The notes beneath the pieces were generated by a model. It saw only the letters and a list, made by a program, of their open reading frames with translations, made no database searches and was not told the DNA's origin. The translations under genes were made by a program, and so were the position numbers. A stretch of DNA of 64,000 bases from Octopus bimaculoides (Eukaryota): contig NC_068981.1 in NCBI RefSeq assembly GCF_001194135.2, positions 86,354,129-86,418,128 of the forward strand, read 5' to 3'. Shown here in pieces: positions 38,646 to 50,140 of the stretch; the stretch's first letter is position 1; the number at the start of each line of letters is the position of its first letter.

Positions 38646-38967
38646 AGATTTGGTTTCAGCACAATTGTTGAATGACTGTTGAAATTTCAAGACAGAATAA
38701 AAATTGTATGTAATTACAAATACAACATTTTGTAGTACCCAGCTGATATGTCTGAGAACTCTTTATTTTATATGCTTCACATTGTTCACAGTTGCATTAA
38801 GAGAATCACTATCTACTATGTACTTAATATTTATTTTATTGTTTAATAGGGTTTGACCACTCCAGTTTATTAGTTTGAAAAACTAGAAAGAAATCAATTG
38901 ATGATGGTGTTATGGTTTAAGCCTACTGGATTAAACTATAAAACTGTTTGCTACAGAATAAATAATC

Positions 38968-39182
38968 CTTTCTATTATAGACATAAAGCCTGAAATTGGG
39001 GGAAGGGGAATAGTTGATTACATTGACTCCAGTACTCAACTGATACTTAATTTATTGACCCTGAAAGGATGAAAGGTAAAGTTGACCTCAGTGGAATTTA
39101 AACTCAGAATGTAGTGACAAGCAAAACACTGCTAAGCATTTAGTCCAGCATGCTAACGATTCTACTAGCTCGCCGCCTTCTA
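38968..39182 (-). mobile_element. SINE family C, near full length
   Basis: Reverse complement begins ggcggcgagctagtagaatcgttagcatg. Confidence 0.8.
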
Positions 39183-39716
39183 TGAAAGAAATAATGTCAC
39201 CACTATGTTATTAACAATAAATATTCTAGATTGTAATGATCTGTTTGTTAAAAGAATGCTTGTTTTTTTTTTTGTACACATAATGATTATTTTAGTATAA
39301 CAACATGAATAAAGTACATTTTTGTTTCCAGCATTAACACTTTATTTGAAATATTTCACCAGATAAATACATAATCTACATCAAATTGAAACTTCTATTT
39401 AACTTTAATTCTTTAGCATTCAAATTACTCTGTCAAATATAATACCTGTTTATTCACATTGTTTTGAATTAATCTTTCATTATCTCATAGCTCCATCAAT
39501 GATGTTTATTTTTAGAATTACATTGTTGGGTAAGTGTGAGAGGCCAGATCTGGCTCAGTCTGAACATAAAACAGGCAGAATGTTTGAACCAAATACTGTC
39601 AATTTAAATACTAAGGAGTTAAAGATAATTTTGACAAATGCATATATTCAGTTTGAAATAGTCTACATCTTTCCAAGCTGATAGATTTCAAAATATTTGT
39701 ATGTATTTAATTTCAG

Positions 39717-39783
39717 GATTTTGAATGAATTTGTACAAAGGATACCAAGTATGGAAGATAGAAAAAGCCAAAAAGATATTCAG
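39717..39783 (+). CDS. DOP1: DOP1 exon 16 (ILNEFVQRIPSMEDRKSQKDIQ), phase 2/0
   Basis: tttcag|g acceptor, cag|gtaaaa donor. Confidence 0.92.
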
Positions 39784-39919
39784 GTAAAAAAGTATTTCTT
39801 ACTCTATATTGGTTTGATTTATTGATTTTTTTTTTTAGTTCTTTAGATTGACTATATAATGACTTGTAGACACGTGGTATTTCATTATGCAACTATAATA
39901 TACCATTCATCATGGTCCC

Positions 39920-40470
39920 CCATCATCGCTTTTGAGAGACTCAACATTTTGAGGTCAGTCTTCACTTCATCCTATGTCTTCCTAGGTTTACCTCTTCCAC
40001 ATATTTCTGCCATGTTTAGCACTAGGCACTTTATACAGATGTTCTCATCTTTCCACATCACATAATCATACCAGCGCAATCCTCTCTCCTGTTCACCACA
40101 TCTGATACTCCGTATGCTTAATTTTTCTCTAAACATATTTGTAATTTTTCATACATGGACTCAAACATTGCACATCTATCAGAGCATACTTGTTTCATTT
40201 ATTTCAAGTCTTTGTATGTCCACTGCCTGCACAGCCCAAGTTTCACAGCCAAGTAACATAACTGCTCATACACTGGCATCATACAATCTGTCTTTCATTC
40301 TGAAAGGAGGCCTTTTGTTACCAACAGAGGTAAAAGTTCTCTGAACTTTTTCCAGCCAATTCATATTCTAGTAACTATACTTTCAGAGCATCCTCCTTCA
40401 CTGCTAATTAGGTCATCTAGATAACAGAAACTTCTAGGGATCCTCCTGAGCATTTCAGAACATCTATTTC
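39920..40470 (-). mobile_element. Decayed RTE-LINE RT C-terminal fragment
   Basis: Reverse complement encodes remnants of YLDDLIS.EGGCSES, WKKFRELLPLL, CETWA and GRGKPRKT. Confidence 0.75.
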
Positions 40471-40564
40471 CCATGTGTTCTGTCTGTTTTCTTGCTAATT
40501 ATAACTTTACTCTTTCTTTTTATATATATACATATATATAAATGTTTGTTTTTATTTGTTTTAG

Positions 40565-40715
40565 GACATTGCTCAAAAGCTTGTAGAAGCAGTGAGCACA
40601 GTGGCAGGTCTATGTTTAGAACAAACTACTTGGCTTCGAAGAAATCTTGCAGTGAAACCAGGACCTCAAACTGATATTCTAGAAACTGAAGAAGGTGAAG
40701 TAACTGAAGAAAGTG
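40565..40715 (+). CDS. DOP1: DOP1 exon 17 (DIAQKLVEAV...LEQTTWLRRNLAVKP...EES), phase 0/1
   Basis: tttag|gac acceptor, g|gttagt donor; EQTTWLRRNL motif. Confidence 0.93.
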
Positions 40716-40826
40716 GTTAGTTTTACCAACTCTTTTGAAATATATATATTATTTATTTTATTATCTTATGTTATTGGACAATAAATTGATTATAAAATAT
40801 GTCTTAGTAAACATTAATGTAAAATA

Positions 40827-41354
40827 CCATATTTGCCAGCATATAAGATATGTTTTTTATAATTTTTTGTATCTATTAAAAAGCCGTCTTGTGTTTCCTG
40901 CGGCTGTATTACAAAAGGGTGGGGACTGAGTATCATAGGCTAGAAAGCCAGATGTGCATATTTTTGCTAAGTGCAATAATTGTTAGTGGCCAATTGTTGT
41001 AACACAAAAGATCTTAATGAAACAGACAAGTTTCACATAGTTTATGGCAGTTCCCTTGATCAAAATATAAACAACTATAGAGTAAACCTGAAAGAAGATG
41101 AAGTTAAAACGCAGTATTCATATAATGTAGTTTAAATATAATAAATTCATGGTTTCATACTTTATTCCAGTACACTGTCACAGCGTTGTATTTACATGCA
41201 CAGAATCAGACATTTTTCTTATACAAAACTACTTTAAAATGTCTTTCAAAAGGTGTATGATGAAACATTCTAAATTTGTTTTCACTACAAAATATACTTG
41301 TAAAATAGGGGTGCATCTTATGTGAGAGTACATCTTATATGCTGGCAAATATGG
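40827..41354. mobile_element. Tc1/mariner-superfamily (pogo-like) MITE
   Basis: Perfect 23 bp TIR ccatatttgccagcatataagat / atcttatatgctggcaaatatgg; TA on the left flank; subterminal ggtgcatctta repeat. Confidence 0.8.
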
Positions 41355-41627
41355 GAGGTTAAAATTTTCAAGACTATTAATCTTATTATTTCTTTAGGGC
41401 AAAATGAGTAAAAGAAAATGTTAACAGCGTAAAAAGTTTGAGTTCTTTCAATACTGATCCCCTAAAAACTTGATATTTATTAACATTTTTATGTAGCACA
41501 GTTTTTAAAGTGACTTTGGAAAATGCCATTATTAATTAATCATTAAATCAAAAAAGAAAATGTAAACCTTAATTTTGCTCTGAGATATTTGTTAAAATGC
41601 AAATAAGTTTGTAATTTATCAAATTAC

Positions 41628-41835
41628 TGGCAGAGTCATTAGCATGCTGGACAAAATGCATAACAGTATTTCATCCATCTTTACATTCTGAATTCACATT
41701 CTGCCAAGGTCAATTTTGCCTTTCATCCTTTTGGGAATTGATAAAATAAGTACCAGTCAAGTACTGAAGTCAATGAAATCGACCAGCCCCTTCTCACAAA
41801 ATTTCAAGCTTTGTACCTATAGCAGAAAGGATTAT
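41628..41835 (+). mobile_element. SINE family C
   Basis: tggcagagtcattagc head, central ggtcaattttgcctttcatcct...gataaaataagtaccag, (ATT)n tail. Confidence 0.8.
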
Positions 41836-41932
41836 TATTATCATTATTATTGATTGAAACTTTCCGTAGTTTATTACTGTGCCAGTATGATACTTTATGA
41901 TTTGTAAAATACTGTTCATCTTTTTATTGCAG

Positions 41933-42036
41933 ATGTAGAATTGGCAAATTTGGCCGAAAGGAAAGTCATTGAGCCTCAACTTCATTCAAATACAGATGTG
42001 AAATACTGTGTACAGGCTTTAACCATATTGGCAGAG
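41933..42036 (+). CDS. DOP1: DOP1 exon 18 (VELANLAER...YCVQALTILAE), phase 1/0
   Basis: ttgcag|at acceptor, gag|gtaaaa donor. Confidence 0.92.
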
Positions 42037-42114
42037 GTAAAAACAAAAGATCAGTTACTTTCTTATGTCTTCAATTATATATATATATATATATATATAT
42101 TCATATATATATAT

Positions 42115-43078
42115 ATCATCATCATCATCATCGTTTAACGTCTACCTTCCATGCTAGCATGGGTTGGACGATTTGACTGAGGACTGGTGAAACCGGATGG
42201 CAACACCAGGCTCCAATCTAAATTTGGCAGAGTTTCTACAGCTGGATGCCCTTCCTAACGTCAACCACTCAGAGAGTGTAGTAGGTGCTTTTACGTGTCA
42301 CCTGCACGAAGGCCAGTCAGGCGATACTGGCAACGGCCACGCTCGAAATGGTGTCTTTTATGTGCCACCCACACAAGAGCCAGTCCAGGGGCACTGGCAA
42401 CGATCTTACTTGGCTTGCCGGGTCTTCTCACGCACAGCACATTNNNNNNNNNNNNNNNNNNNNNNNNNNNNNNNNNNNNNNNNNNNNNNNNNNNNNNNNN
42501 NNNNNNNNNNNNNNNNNNNNNNNNNNNNNNNNNNNNNNNNNNNNNNNNNNNNNNNNNNNNNNNNNNNNNNNNNNNNNNNNNNNNNNNNNNNNNNNNNNNN
42601 NNNNNNNNNNNNNNNNNNNNNNNNNNNNNNNNNNNNNNNNNNNNCATACCAGCGCAATCGTCTCTCTTGCACACCACAACTGATGCTTCTAATGTTCAGC
42701 TTTTCTCTCAAGATACTTACACTCTGACGGGTATTCACATTCACATTGACATTACACATCCAATGGAGCATACTGGCTTCATTCCTTGCGAGCTTACGTA
42801 TGTCCTCAGCAATTACAGCCCATGTTTCACTGCCATGTAGCATGGCTGTTCGTACACATGCATCATACAGTCTGCCTTTTACTCTGAGTGAGTGTCCCTT
42901 TGTCGCTAGCACGGGTAAGAGCTCTCTAAACTTTGCCCAGGCTATTCTTATTCTAGCAGCTACACTTTCAGCGCACCCACCCCCACTACTAACTTGGTCG
43001 CCCAGATAGCGGAAGCTATCGACTACCTCTAGTTTTTCACTCTGGAATATAAGTATCTGCTTTCCATGTTCTCATGGG
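42115..43078 (-). mobile_element. 5'-truncated RTE-clade LINE with assembly gap
   Basis: ORF 42406..42912 (LRVKGRLYDACVRTAMLHGSETWA...ERRLRWY), upstream EVVDSFRYLGD, (GAT)n tail. Confidence 0.92.
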
Positions 43079-43156
43079 TTATATGTATGTATGTATGTAT
43101 TTTAATATTTCACTTAGTCATTGTGAGACTAATAACCTGGTGTAGAACTCAATATA

Positions 43157-44022
43157 CAGGGTGCGATGGGTAAATTGTCGCCATTTTATATTTTTAATTT
43201 CGTGCATGCTCATTGTTTATTGTTGATTTTGTCAATTACACAATGTAGTAGGGTTGTTTGGGCACTGTCTGTGAGTAAATAAGCACCATGGCACAATTCA
43301 CTCTGCCAGAAATTTGGAAATGACATGCTGTACTGCTTGGCATTCACACTGGAAGCTCCAATAAGAACAGATGGTGAAGAGCAACTGTTGGCTTGCTGTG
43401 TTCCCAAAACATGTACTGAGAGTGATAAAAATCAAACATCCTGTCAACATCATGGTGTTTGAAGTGATCATTAGTGGTGGCAACGTTATGCCTCCATCTT
43501 CTCACACAGCCTCAGGTTCAACACAGATGCCTACATCAAGTACCAGGAAGGAGGTAGTGCTGCCCTGGGTCAACAGGGTGACTGCTGGAAGACCCTATGT
43601 CTGGAAACAGGACTCTGTGCCATGCCACACAAGCAGGAAAGATCAGTCATGGTTGTCAGACAATTTCTGCGACCACATCACCCCTAACATCTGGCCACCT
43701 AACTCCCCAGGCTGCAACCCCCTTGATTATTATGTGTGGGATGCAGTTGAGCAAGAGACCAATAAAATTCCTTGTTACACACCAAAGATGAACTGAAGGC
43801 AAGGGTTATGAAAGCATTCACCAACAAGGCCATTCAGAATACTGCAGGAGATTCCAAAATTATCTAGAGGCCGTGACTGAAGCCAATGGTGATTTTATTG
43901 AATAAATTTACTCTTTAGGATTTCAAGATACTTTTATGTAATTTGGTAAATATATCTGTTAAAATGAGATGTCAATGTTATTTTCATTTTTGCTAATTTA
44001 GACGACAATATATTCACCACTG
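43157..44022 (+). mobile_element. Internally deleted maT-type (DD37D) Tc1/mariner transposon
   Basis: KIKHPVNIMVF, QD + 37 aa + D (WPPNSPGCNPLDYYVW); TA flanks; imperfect TIRs sharing cag...attgtcg. Confidence 0.8.
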
Positions 44023-44139
44023 TACATATGCTTCAGAACAAAGTTGAATACTTAGTGCATTGAGTTCTGTATCAGATAATATTTGAACTATGTAAAATAT
44101 TTTTTTTAATATGTTACATCTCTTACACTACAATATATA

Positions 44140-44380
44140 TCTATATACTACTAAAAGTCCGTAATTGCTTGCTTGCGATCTTGTCTGTAATTTAATACAG
44201 CCAAACCAGTGCATAATGGGAAAATATTCTGAAAGTAAAGTATCCCTGAAATATGAATACAAACGGAATAAAACAAGTTTCATGTAAATCAGACCATGGA
44301 TTCCTGAGATATGTGATTTTGGGGGGTTTGTTTCCCCAAATCTAAGAAGTTATTGCCCTTTACTGTGAACAACTGGCTAG
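44140..44380 (+). mobile_element. Possible non-autonomous Helitron-like element
   Basis: A|TCTATATACTACTAAAAG start and CTAG|T end; body repeated directly at 46100-46310. Confidence 0.4.
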
Positions 44381-44394
44381 TTTTGTTGGTATAT

Positions 44395-46075
44395 CTACAG
44401 ATGTGTACTCACCGACTTTGCTACCTCATGACTTCCAGAAAAATGGATACTTTTTTTCACAAAATTTTCAACAAATACCACTCAGATGCTGTGGATTCAG
44501 AGTATATAGGTATTTGTGGGGAAAAAATTTTCTGAGGGGGTGGGGAGAGGAGTTTCGGAAAATTCACATGATCTGACTTTTTTCCCTCATAATTTTCAGC
44601 AAAATGGATTTCTTTTCATGAAATTTTATACAAATATCTTTCAAATGGTAGAGATTATAAAGAAGTTTATGGGGGAAATTTTTTCCGATAGGGTGGGGAG
44701 AGGAGTTTCGGTTCAAGAAGACCAAATAAGTTGAAACTACTGTGTTTTAACGGGGATTTTTCCCATTTTTTATTTATTTCACCGCAGCCTTCATAATGAT
44801 AGTGGCATCTTTTTACAAAAAAGTTTTGAAATTCTTCACCATCCCACTCCAGGCCAATTGTTTTTTAACTTAGAAACCAAGAGAGGAACGTTTACGGTGA
44901 AAAAAAAAAAGAAAAAATATGTAAATATTTTCAGAGGAAAAGCCATATGATTCAAGGGAGATTTGATTGTTGTTTCTAGCACATCCCAAACCACCCTCCA
45001 TTTTCACTTTCACATGTATTGATGTTTTCTCAATACTTTTCTACCATTAAACACATTTTATGGAATGACGGTGCTGAAGTAGCACATGCATGGCCCAATT
45101 GTAGAATATAGTAACAGAAAAAAATTGTAATTTATATTTTTACCCCCATCTCAATCAAGCAAGGTTGTGTATGCATGTAAGAAAAAACATTTTCTAACAG
45201 ACAAGTATTCTGTTAAAATGAATTATCGTTTACATACCACTGTGGATAAATACCAGCAATGACCTTCTCAGGCTCTCCAGCATTTTAATTTATAAACAAT
45301 TGGAGGCAGAGAGTGGGGTTGCAAAAAATCATAATTTTTCAAATTTTTTTTTTTTTGTAGCATATAAATGTATTTATAGGGAGAAAAATATTGAAAAACA
45401 TCAATACATTCAAGACAGAGAAATAAACAAGGCAGGTTGTCTTGGGATGTGCTAGAAACAACTGCCAAATCTCCCTTAAATCATTCACTTTTCTTCTGAA
45501 AATATTAACAATTTTAAAAATATTTTTTATACTAAAATGGTTCCTTCCATGGTTTTCAAGTTGCCAAAAAATTGACCAAAATCGGTCCGGAGTGGGATGA
45601 TGAGGTGGTGGGGTTGTACAAAAAATATTTTCAAAACTTTTTTTCATAAAAAGATGTTCCCCACCCACATCATTTCAAAGGCAGTGGTAAAAAAAAAATT
45701 GGTAAAATCCCCATCAAAATAGAGTAGTTCCAACTTATTTGGTCTCCCTGATCTGAAACTCCTATCCCCACCCCTCAGAAAACATTTTCCCCACAAATTT
45801 CTTTACAATTGTAATCTATGCCATTTGAAAGGTTTTTGTATAAAATTTCATTAAAAGATATCCATTTTCCTGAAAGCTATGAGGGAAAGAAGTCAGATCA
45901 TGTTAATTTTCCGAAACTCCTCTCCCTACCCCTTCGAAAAAATTCTTCTTCATAAATCCCTATAAACTCTGAATCCCCAGCATCTAAGTGGTATTTGTTG
46001 AAAATTTCATTAAAAAGTTTCCATTTTTCTGGAAGTTATGAGGCAACAACATCAGTGCGAGGTACACATCTATAG
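44395..46075. repeat. Long imperfect inverted repeat (arms about 44395-45152 and 45308-46075)
   Basis: e.g. acttccagaaaaatgg / ccatttttctggaagt; ggagaggagtttcggaaaat / attttccgaaactcctctcc; ttctagcacatcccaa / ttgggatgtgctagaa, in mirrored order. Confidence 0.9.
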
Positions 46076-46610
46076 TTATGCTAGTGTTGTTTGTATATTT
46101 GTCTGTAATTAATACAGACGAACTGGCGTATAATGGGAAAATACTCTAAAAGTAAGGTACGCCTGAAATGTAAATACAAACTGAATAAAACAAGTGTCAT
46201 GTAAACTGGACCACGAATTCCTGAGATACATCATTTTTTGGGGTACCTTCATAAATAGCCAAAATGGTGCATAATGGGAAAATACTCTGAAAGTAACATA
46301 ACCCTGAAATGGGAAGATTGTTTCCATTAATTTTACATTATGTAACAATCCCTTGTGCACATATGCCATAAATAAATGCTGTTACTGGAGTTCAAGTTTA
46401 TCCCAGAAGTTCTATTTCTATTGGATGCTGTGGATAATTAATAAAACCTTTAACATGAACTTGTAAACCAGACCTATGATGGCACGGACAAACTGAAATA
46501 TTTAACTGAATCATCATAAAATTAACTTTCATTTCAATGCAATGTTGAAATCAGCTTCACTGTTTTATAACCTGAACCATCAGTAACCCAACAGGTCACA
46601 GGTAGTCTAG

Positions 46611-46641
<31 letters not shown>

Positions 46642-46684
46642 GTACATACACATTTATGTAAAAAAAATTTCCTTTGTTATACAG

Positions 46685-46794
46685 CTGACGGCCCCTCTCT
46701 TGGATGTTGTTTATGGCAGCGATGAGAAGGAAAGAATAGCCTCATTCCTAACTTCTATTATGTACAACGTCTTCCCATATTTGAGAAATCATAG
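46685..46794 (+). CDS. DOP1: DOP1 exon 19 (LTAPLLDVVYGSDEKERI...PYLRNHS), phase 0/2
   Basis: atacag|ctg acceptor, ag|gtttgt donor; SDEKER and PYLRNHS motifs. Confidence 0.94.
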
Positions 46795-47379
46795 GTTTGT
46801 TATCCTTTTAACTATTCATCATTCACTTTTATAGAAAAGCACACACACACACACACACTTTCCACTGAAGAGAACCTGTTCTTATAACTTTTGCTAACCC
46901 TCTTAGACTAGTAAGATCTAAGATCCAGCTTGGACATCTGAAGGTTGTTAGCACAAAAATGTGTACAGGTTGAGAAGAATTCCAGCAGTCTGCAGTTTTA
47001 TGGAGGAATATTTGAGCAAAGTATTTTGAGTGGGATCTTTTGAGTGATAAATAATGGGACAAGAGTAGGAAAGACAGATCTGTCCATAGGTTTGATACAG
47101 GTAGCATGGTGTGGTATGATGTTAACTAGTTTAGAGAGATAGAGGTGGTGGTGGTTGGTATAGAAGTGGTTGAGAGAAGAAACATTGTCTGAAAGGTAGA
47201 AGTTGTAACTGAATTTCTTAAATTTTTTTTCTTTTCAAGTTCCCACTTTATCAGAACTGAAGCATTTTCCTGAAGTGGCAACCTTACTTCAGGGAAGAAG
47301 CATTTTTATTTATCTTATAAATGTGAAGTCACTGCAAATGTGAGGTCTGGCATTTAAAACTGCTTTGGGGTCTTTAGTT

Positions 47380-48010
47380 GCATGTTGTCCATGTGAGACT
47401 TGGCAGTTGTTTTTGTGTTGCTGAAAGAAACTAGTCTGTCATATGTCCGCTGTGATTTTTTTTTAGTAGATCTTTGTTCCTGGAGGTAATGCAAGTCTGT
47501 CAAGAGGTCGCTAAATCGGATTTAGATGTGGAGGATTACAACAGTCTAGTGAAGGATGTATGTTGTTAGAAGTGACAGTAAGAGGTTGTTAATCAATAGA
47601 AAGAAGTGTGTAGAAGACAGAATGAAATCTTGAGAAGCATTAGAGTTGATAGCATGGGTTAGAGGAACCATTTCAGTACATATTTCAATTCAGGGAGTTA
47701 GATATGATGAATCCCAAAGGCTAGCAGCTTATCAAGGAAGTTCTCATGCTAACCATAGTCAATGGCTTTGTTGATTCAAGAACATTGCTGGGGCTGAAAT
47801 TTTAATGAGTCAGTAACTACTGATATATGACAAAGGGGAGAAAGTCTCCAGTAGAACTGGTACTATGGAAACTGTACTGGTAGTTACTGAACATGGAGGG
47901 GAAGGGAATAGAAGAGACGGTGTTTATGACTATCTTCTTCACTTTTAAGATGTTGGAAATAAGAGTCATAGATTGGTACATGGCAGGATCCATAGGGATA
48001 TGCATTTCAA
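47380..48010 (-). mobile_element. Decayed CR1/L2-like LINE reverse transcriptase
   Basis: Reverse complement remnants resembling YRPISLLSNISKV (ORF 47817..48005 YQSMTLISNILKV), KLLAFGI and QGSVLSPTLFLLFIND. Confidence 0.6.
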
Positions 48011-48178
48011 AAACAGGACTTTCTATACTATGTGTCTCTAGATTGGAATAGATTCCTATGAAAAGAGAGAGAAATATTAAAGAGTTTATTAAGGATTGGA
48101 GCTAGCTCTAGAGTTTAATATTTCAAAGTAATAGAAGGGTCACCACTGAGATTTCCTGTTTCTATTATTAACCAAAAT

Positions 48179-48605
48179 TAAGGTGGCAAGCTAGTACATT
48201 TCTTCAAGCTTTACATTCCAAGTTCAAATGCTGCCAAGGTTGACTTTGCCTTTCACCCTTTCAGGATTGATAAAATAAATGCCAGTTGAATACTGGGATC
48301 AATGTAATTGACTAACCCTCTCCCCTAAATAATTTCAAGCCTTGTGCCTATAGTAGAAAGGATTATTAAATAAAATTCTTAAATTTTTTAATGAAAGGTA
48401 GAAAGACAGCAAGCTGGCAGAATCATTAACATATCAGACAAAATTCCATGCAGTATTTTTTCTACCTCTATATATTCTGGTTTCAAATCCTGTCTGTCAT
48501 CTTTATCTTTTATTCTTTCAGGGTCAATAAAATAAAGTATTAATCAAATACTGGGGTCAATTCCCTCCCCACATAATTTCTGGCCTTGTGTATAAATCAA
48601 AAACA
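48179..48605 (+). mobile_element. Two adjacent SINE family C copies (48179-48366, 48405-48605)
   Basis: Both carry the head, central domain and ccttgtg tail. Confidence 0.75.
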
Positions 48606-48747
48606 ATTCTTATTATTGCATTGCTAATTATTTTATAATTTTTTTTTTATTAAAGTATCTGTGTGTGTGTGTATTTCAAAATAATTATAGAAAGGTAATA
48701 ATTATTACATTTTGAAATGACTCATGTTTATATAATTCTATTCACAG

Positions 48748-48959
48748 CGGCCACAATATACCCAGCTTCAGAGCAGCTTCCCAGCTTCTATCCAGTATTA
48801 GTGGTTACCAGTATACACGAAAGGCTTGGCGAAAGGAAGCTTTTGATTTGCTGATGGACCCTAGTTTTTTCCAAATGGATTTGAAGTGCTTATGTCACTG
48901 GAGCATTGTTATTGATAACCTGATGACTCATGATAAAACTACTTTCAAGGACTTGATGT
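48748..48959 (+). CDS. DOP1: DOP1 exon 20 (GHNIPSFRA...[16 protein letters not shown]...[10 protein letters not shown]), phase 2/1
   Basis: ttcacag|c acceptor, t|gtaagt donor; highly conserved Dopey C-terminal-region motifs. Confidence 0.96.
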
Positions 48960-49194
48960 GTAAGTCTTCAGATTATTGAATTGCTTTTCCACTTTTTATG
49001 AAATTTTGTTAACCATCAGTTTTCTTTTTAATGTTATCAAAATCTGTTACTAAATTAAACAAGACAGTAATGTTCTTAGATGATTTATTTCTTGCAAGTA
49101 AGTACTTCTTCTGAAGTTGGTGAGGGCATGGCTCAAAAACTGGTTAATATTTGTTTGTCTATTCCATCGAACATATCAGTTGAGTTTTCAGTGA

Positions 49195-49380
49195 TGGTGC
49201 CACATAAAAATCATCCAGTACTCTTTGTGGATTGGTTGGCATTAGGAAGGGCATCCAGCTGTAGAAACCAAACCAAAACAGACTATGGAACCTGGTGTGG
49301 TACCTGATCTTACCAGTCCCTGCCAAGCCATCCAAACCATTCCAGCATTGAAAATGGATGTTAAATGGTGATGATGAGGA
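49195..49380 (+). mobile_element. RTE 3' UTR-type fragment
   Basis: ttaggaagggcatccagctgtagaaac...atggatgttaaatggtgatgatg. Confidence 0.75.
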
Positions 49381-49544
49381 TAAGTTACTTGACAACCTCT
49401 CTAGTATGAATAAAAGAGTACCCAATTATACACTGTAAAAAATGATTGGTGAAACCATACCAAAGCAGGCACTGGAGCTCAACACAATCCTGTAACTTGT
49501 AGGATCCTCTCAGACCTTCTAGCCCATGCTAGCTTGGAAAACAG

Positions 49545-49700
49545 CTCCTTGTTTCTTTCCATGTTCCTTTCTGTGGAAGAGCATAGGCTCAAAACGTTAA
49601 AGACTTTTTCACTTCCTGAGCGTTAAACTAATACATCTATTTGTTGTCTACACCACCTATCTTTGTCTTTTGTTTTTTTTTGTGAATTCTCCCTATATAT
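49545..49700 (+). mobile_element. Penelope-like terminal repeat fragment with degenerate minimal hammerhead motif
   Basis: cttt-ctgtggaa-gagc-atag-gctc-aaaacgtt-aaag, followed by a T-rich tail and (TA)n. Confidence 0.5.
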
Positions 49701-49707
49701 ATAATGT

Positions 49708-49745
<38 letters not shown>

Positions 49746-49949
49746 GTAATATATGTGTCTCATGAAAGTTCCACATATTCTTGTTTTTATTTTAATCTAT
49801 AATTATATATATCCTCATAAAACTGTTTTTTTATGTTAAAAAAAAAATGTATGATGAGCTAAATAACAAATTGAGGTTTTTGAAAAAGTAGGATTTAGAT
49901 AACTTATAGTGTTAGTAACAATATAATAAATATTTTCCTACTAAATTAC

Positions 49950-50140
49950 AAGTCCACCATTTGGGAGAAAAGGTATAGTCAAGTTTATCAACTCTACTAT
50001 TTGACTAATACTTTATGTTAATCCAGGAGACTGAAAAGCAAAGTTGACCTCAGCAAGATTTGATCTCAGAATGTAATTGATTGTAACTAAATACAAAGAT
50101 TTTTTTGTCTGATGCACTCATGACTTTGCCAATCTACCAA
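49950..50140 (-). mobile_element. SINE family C, decayed
   Basis: gactgaaaagcaaagttgacctcagcaagatttgatctcagaatg. Confidence 0.6.

Noticed and set aside
47267-47294. Palindrome cctgaagt...acttcagg as a ribozyme
   Set aside because: Short inverted repeat without the hammerhead core in either orientation.
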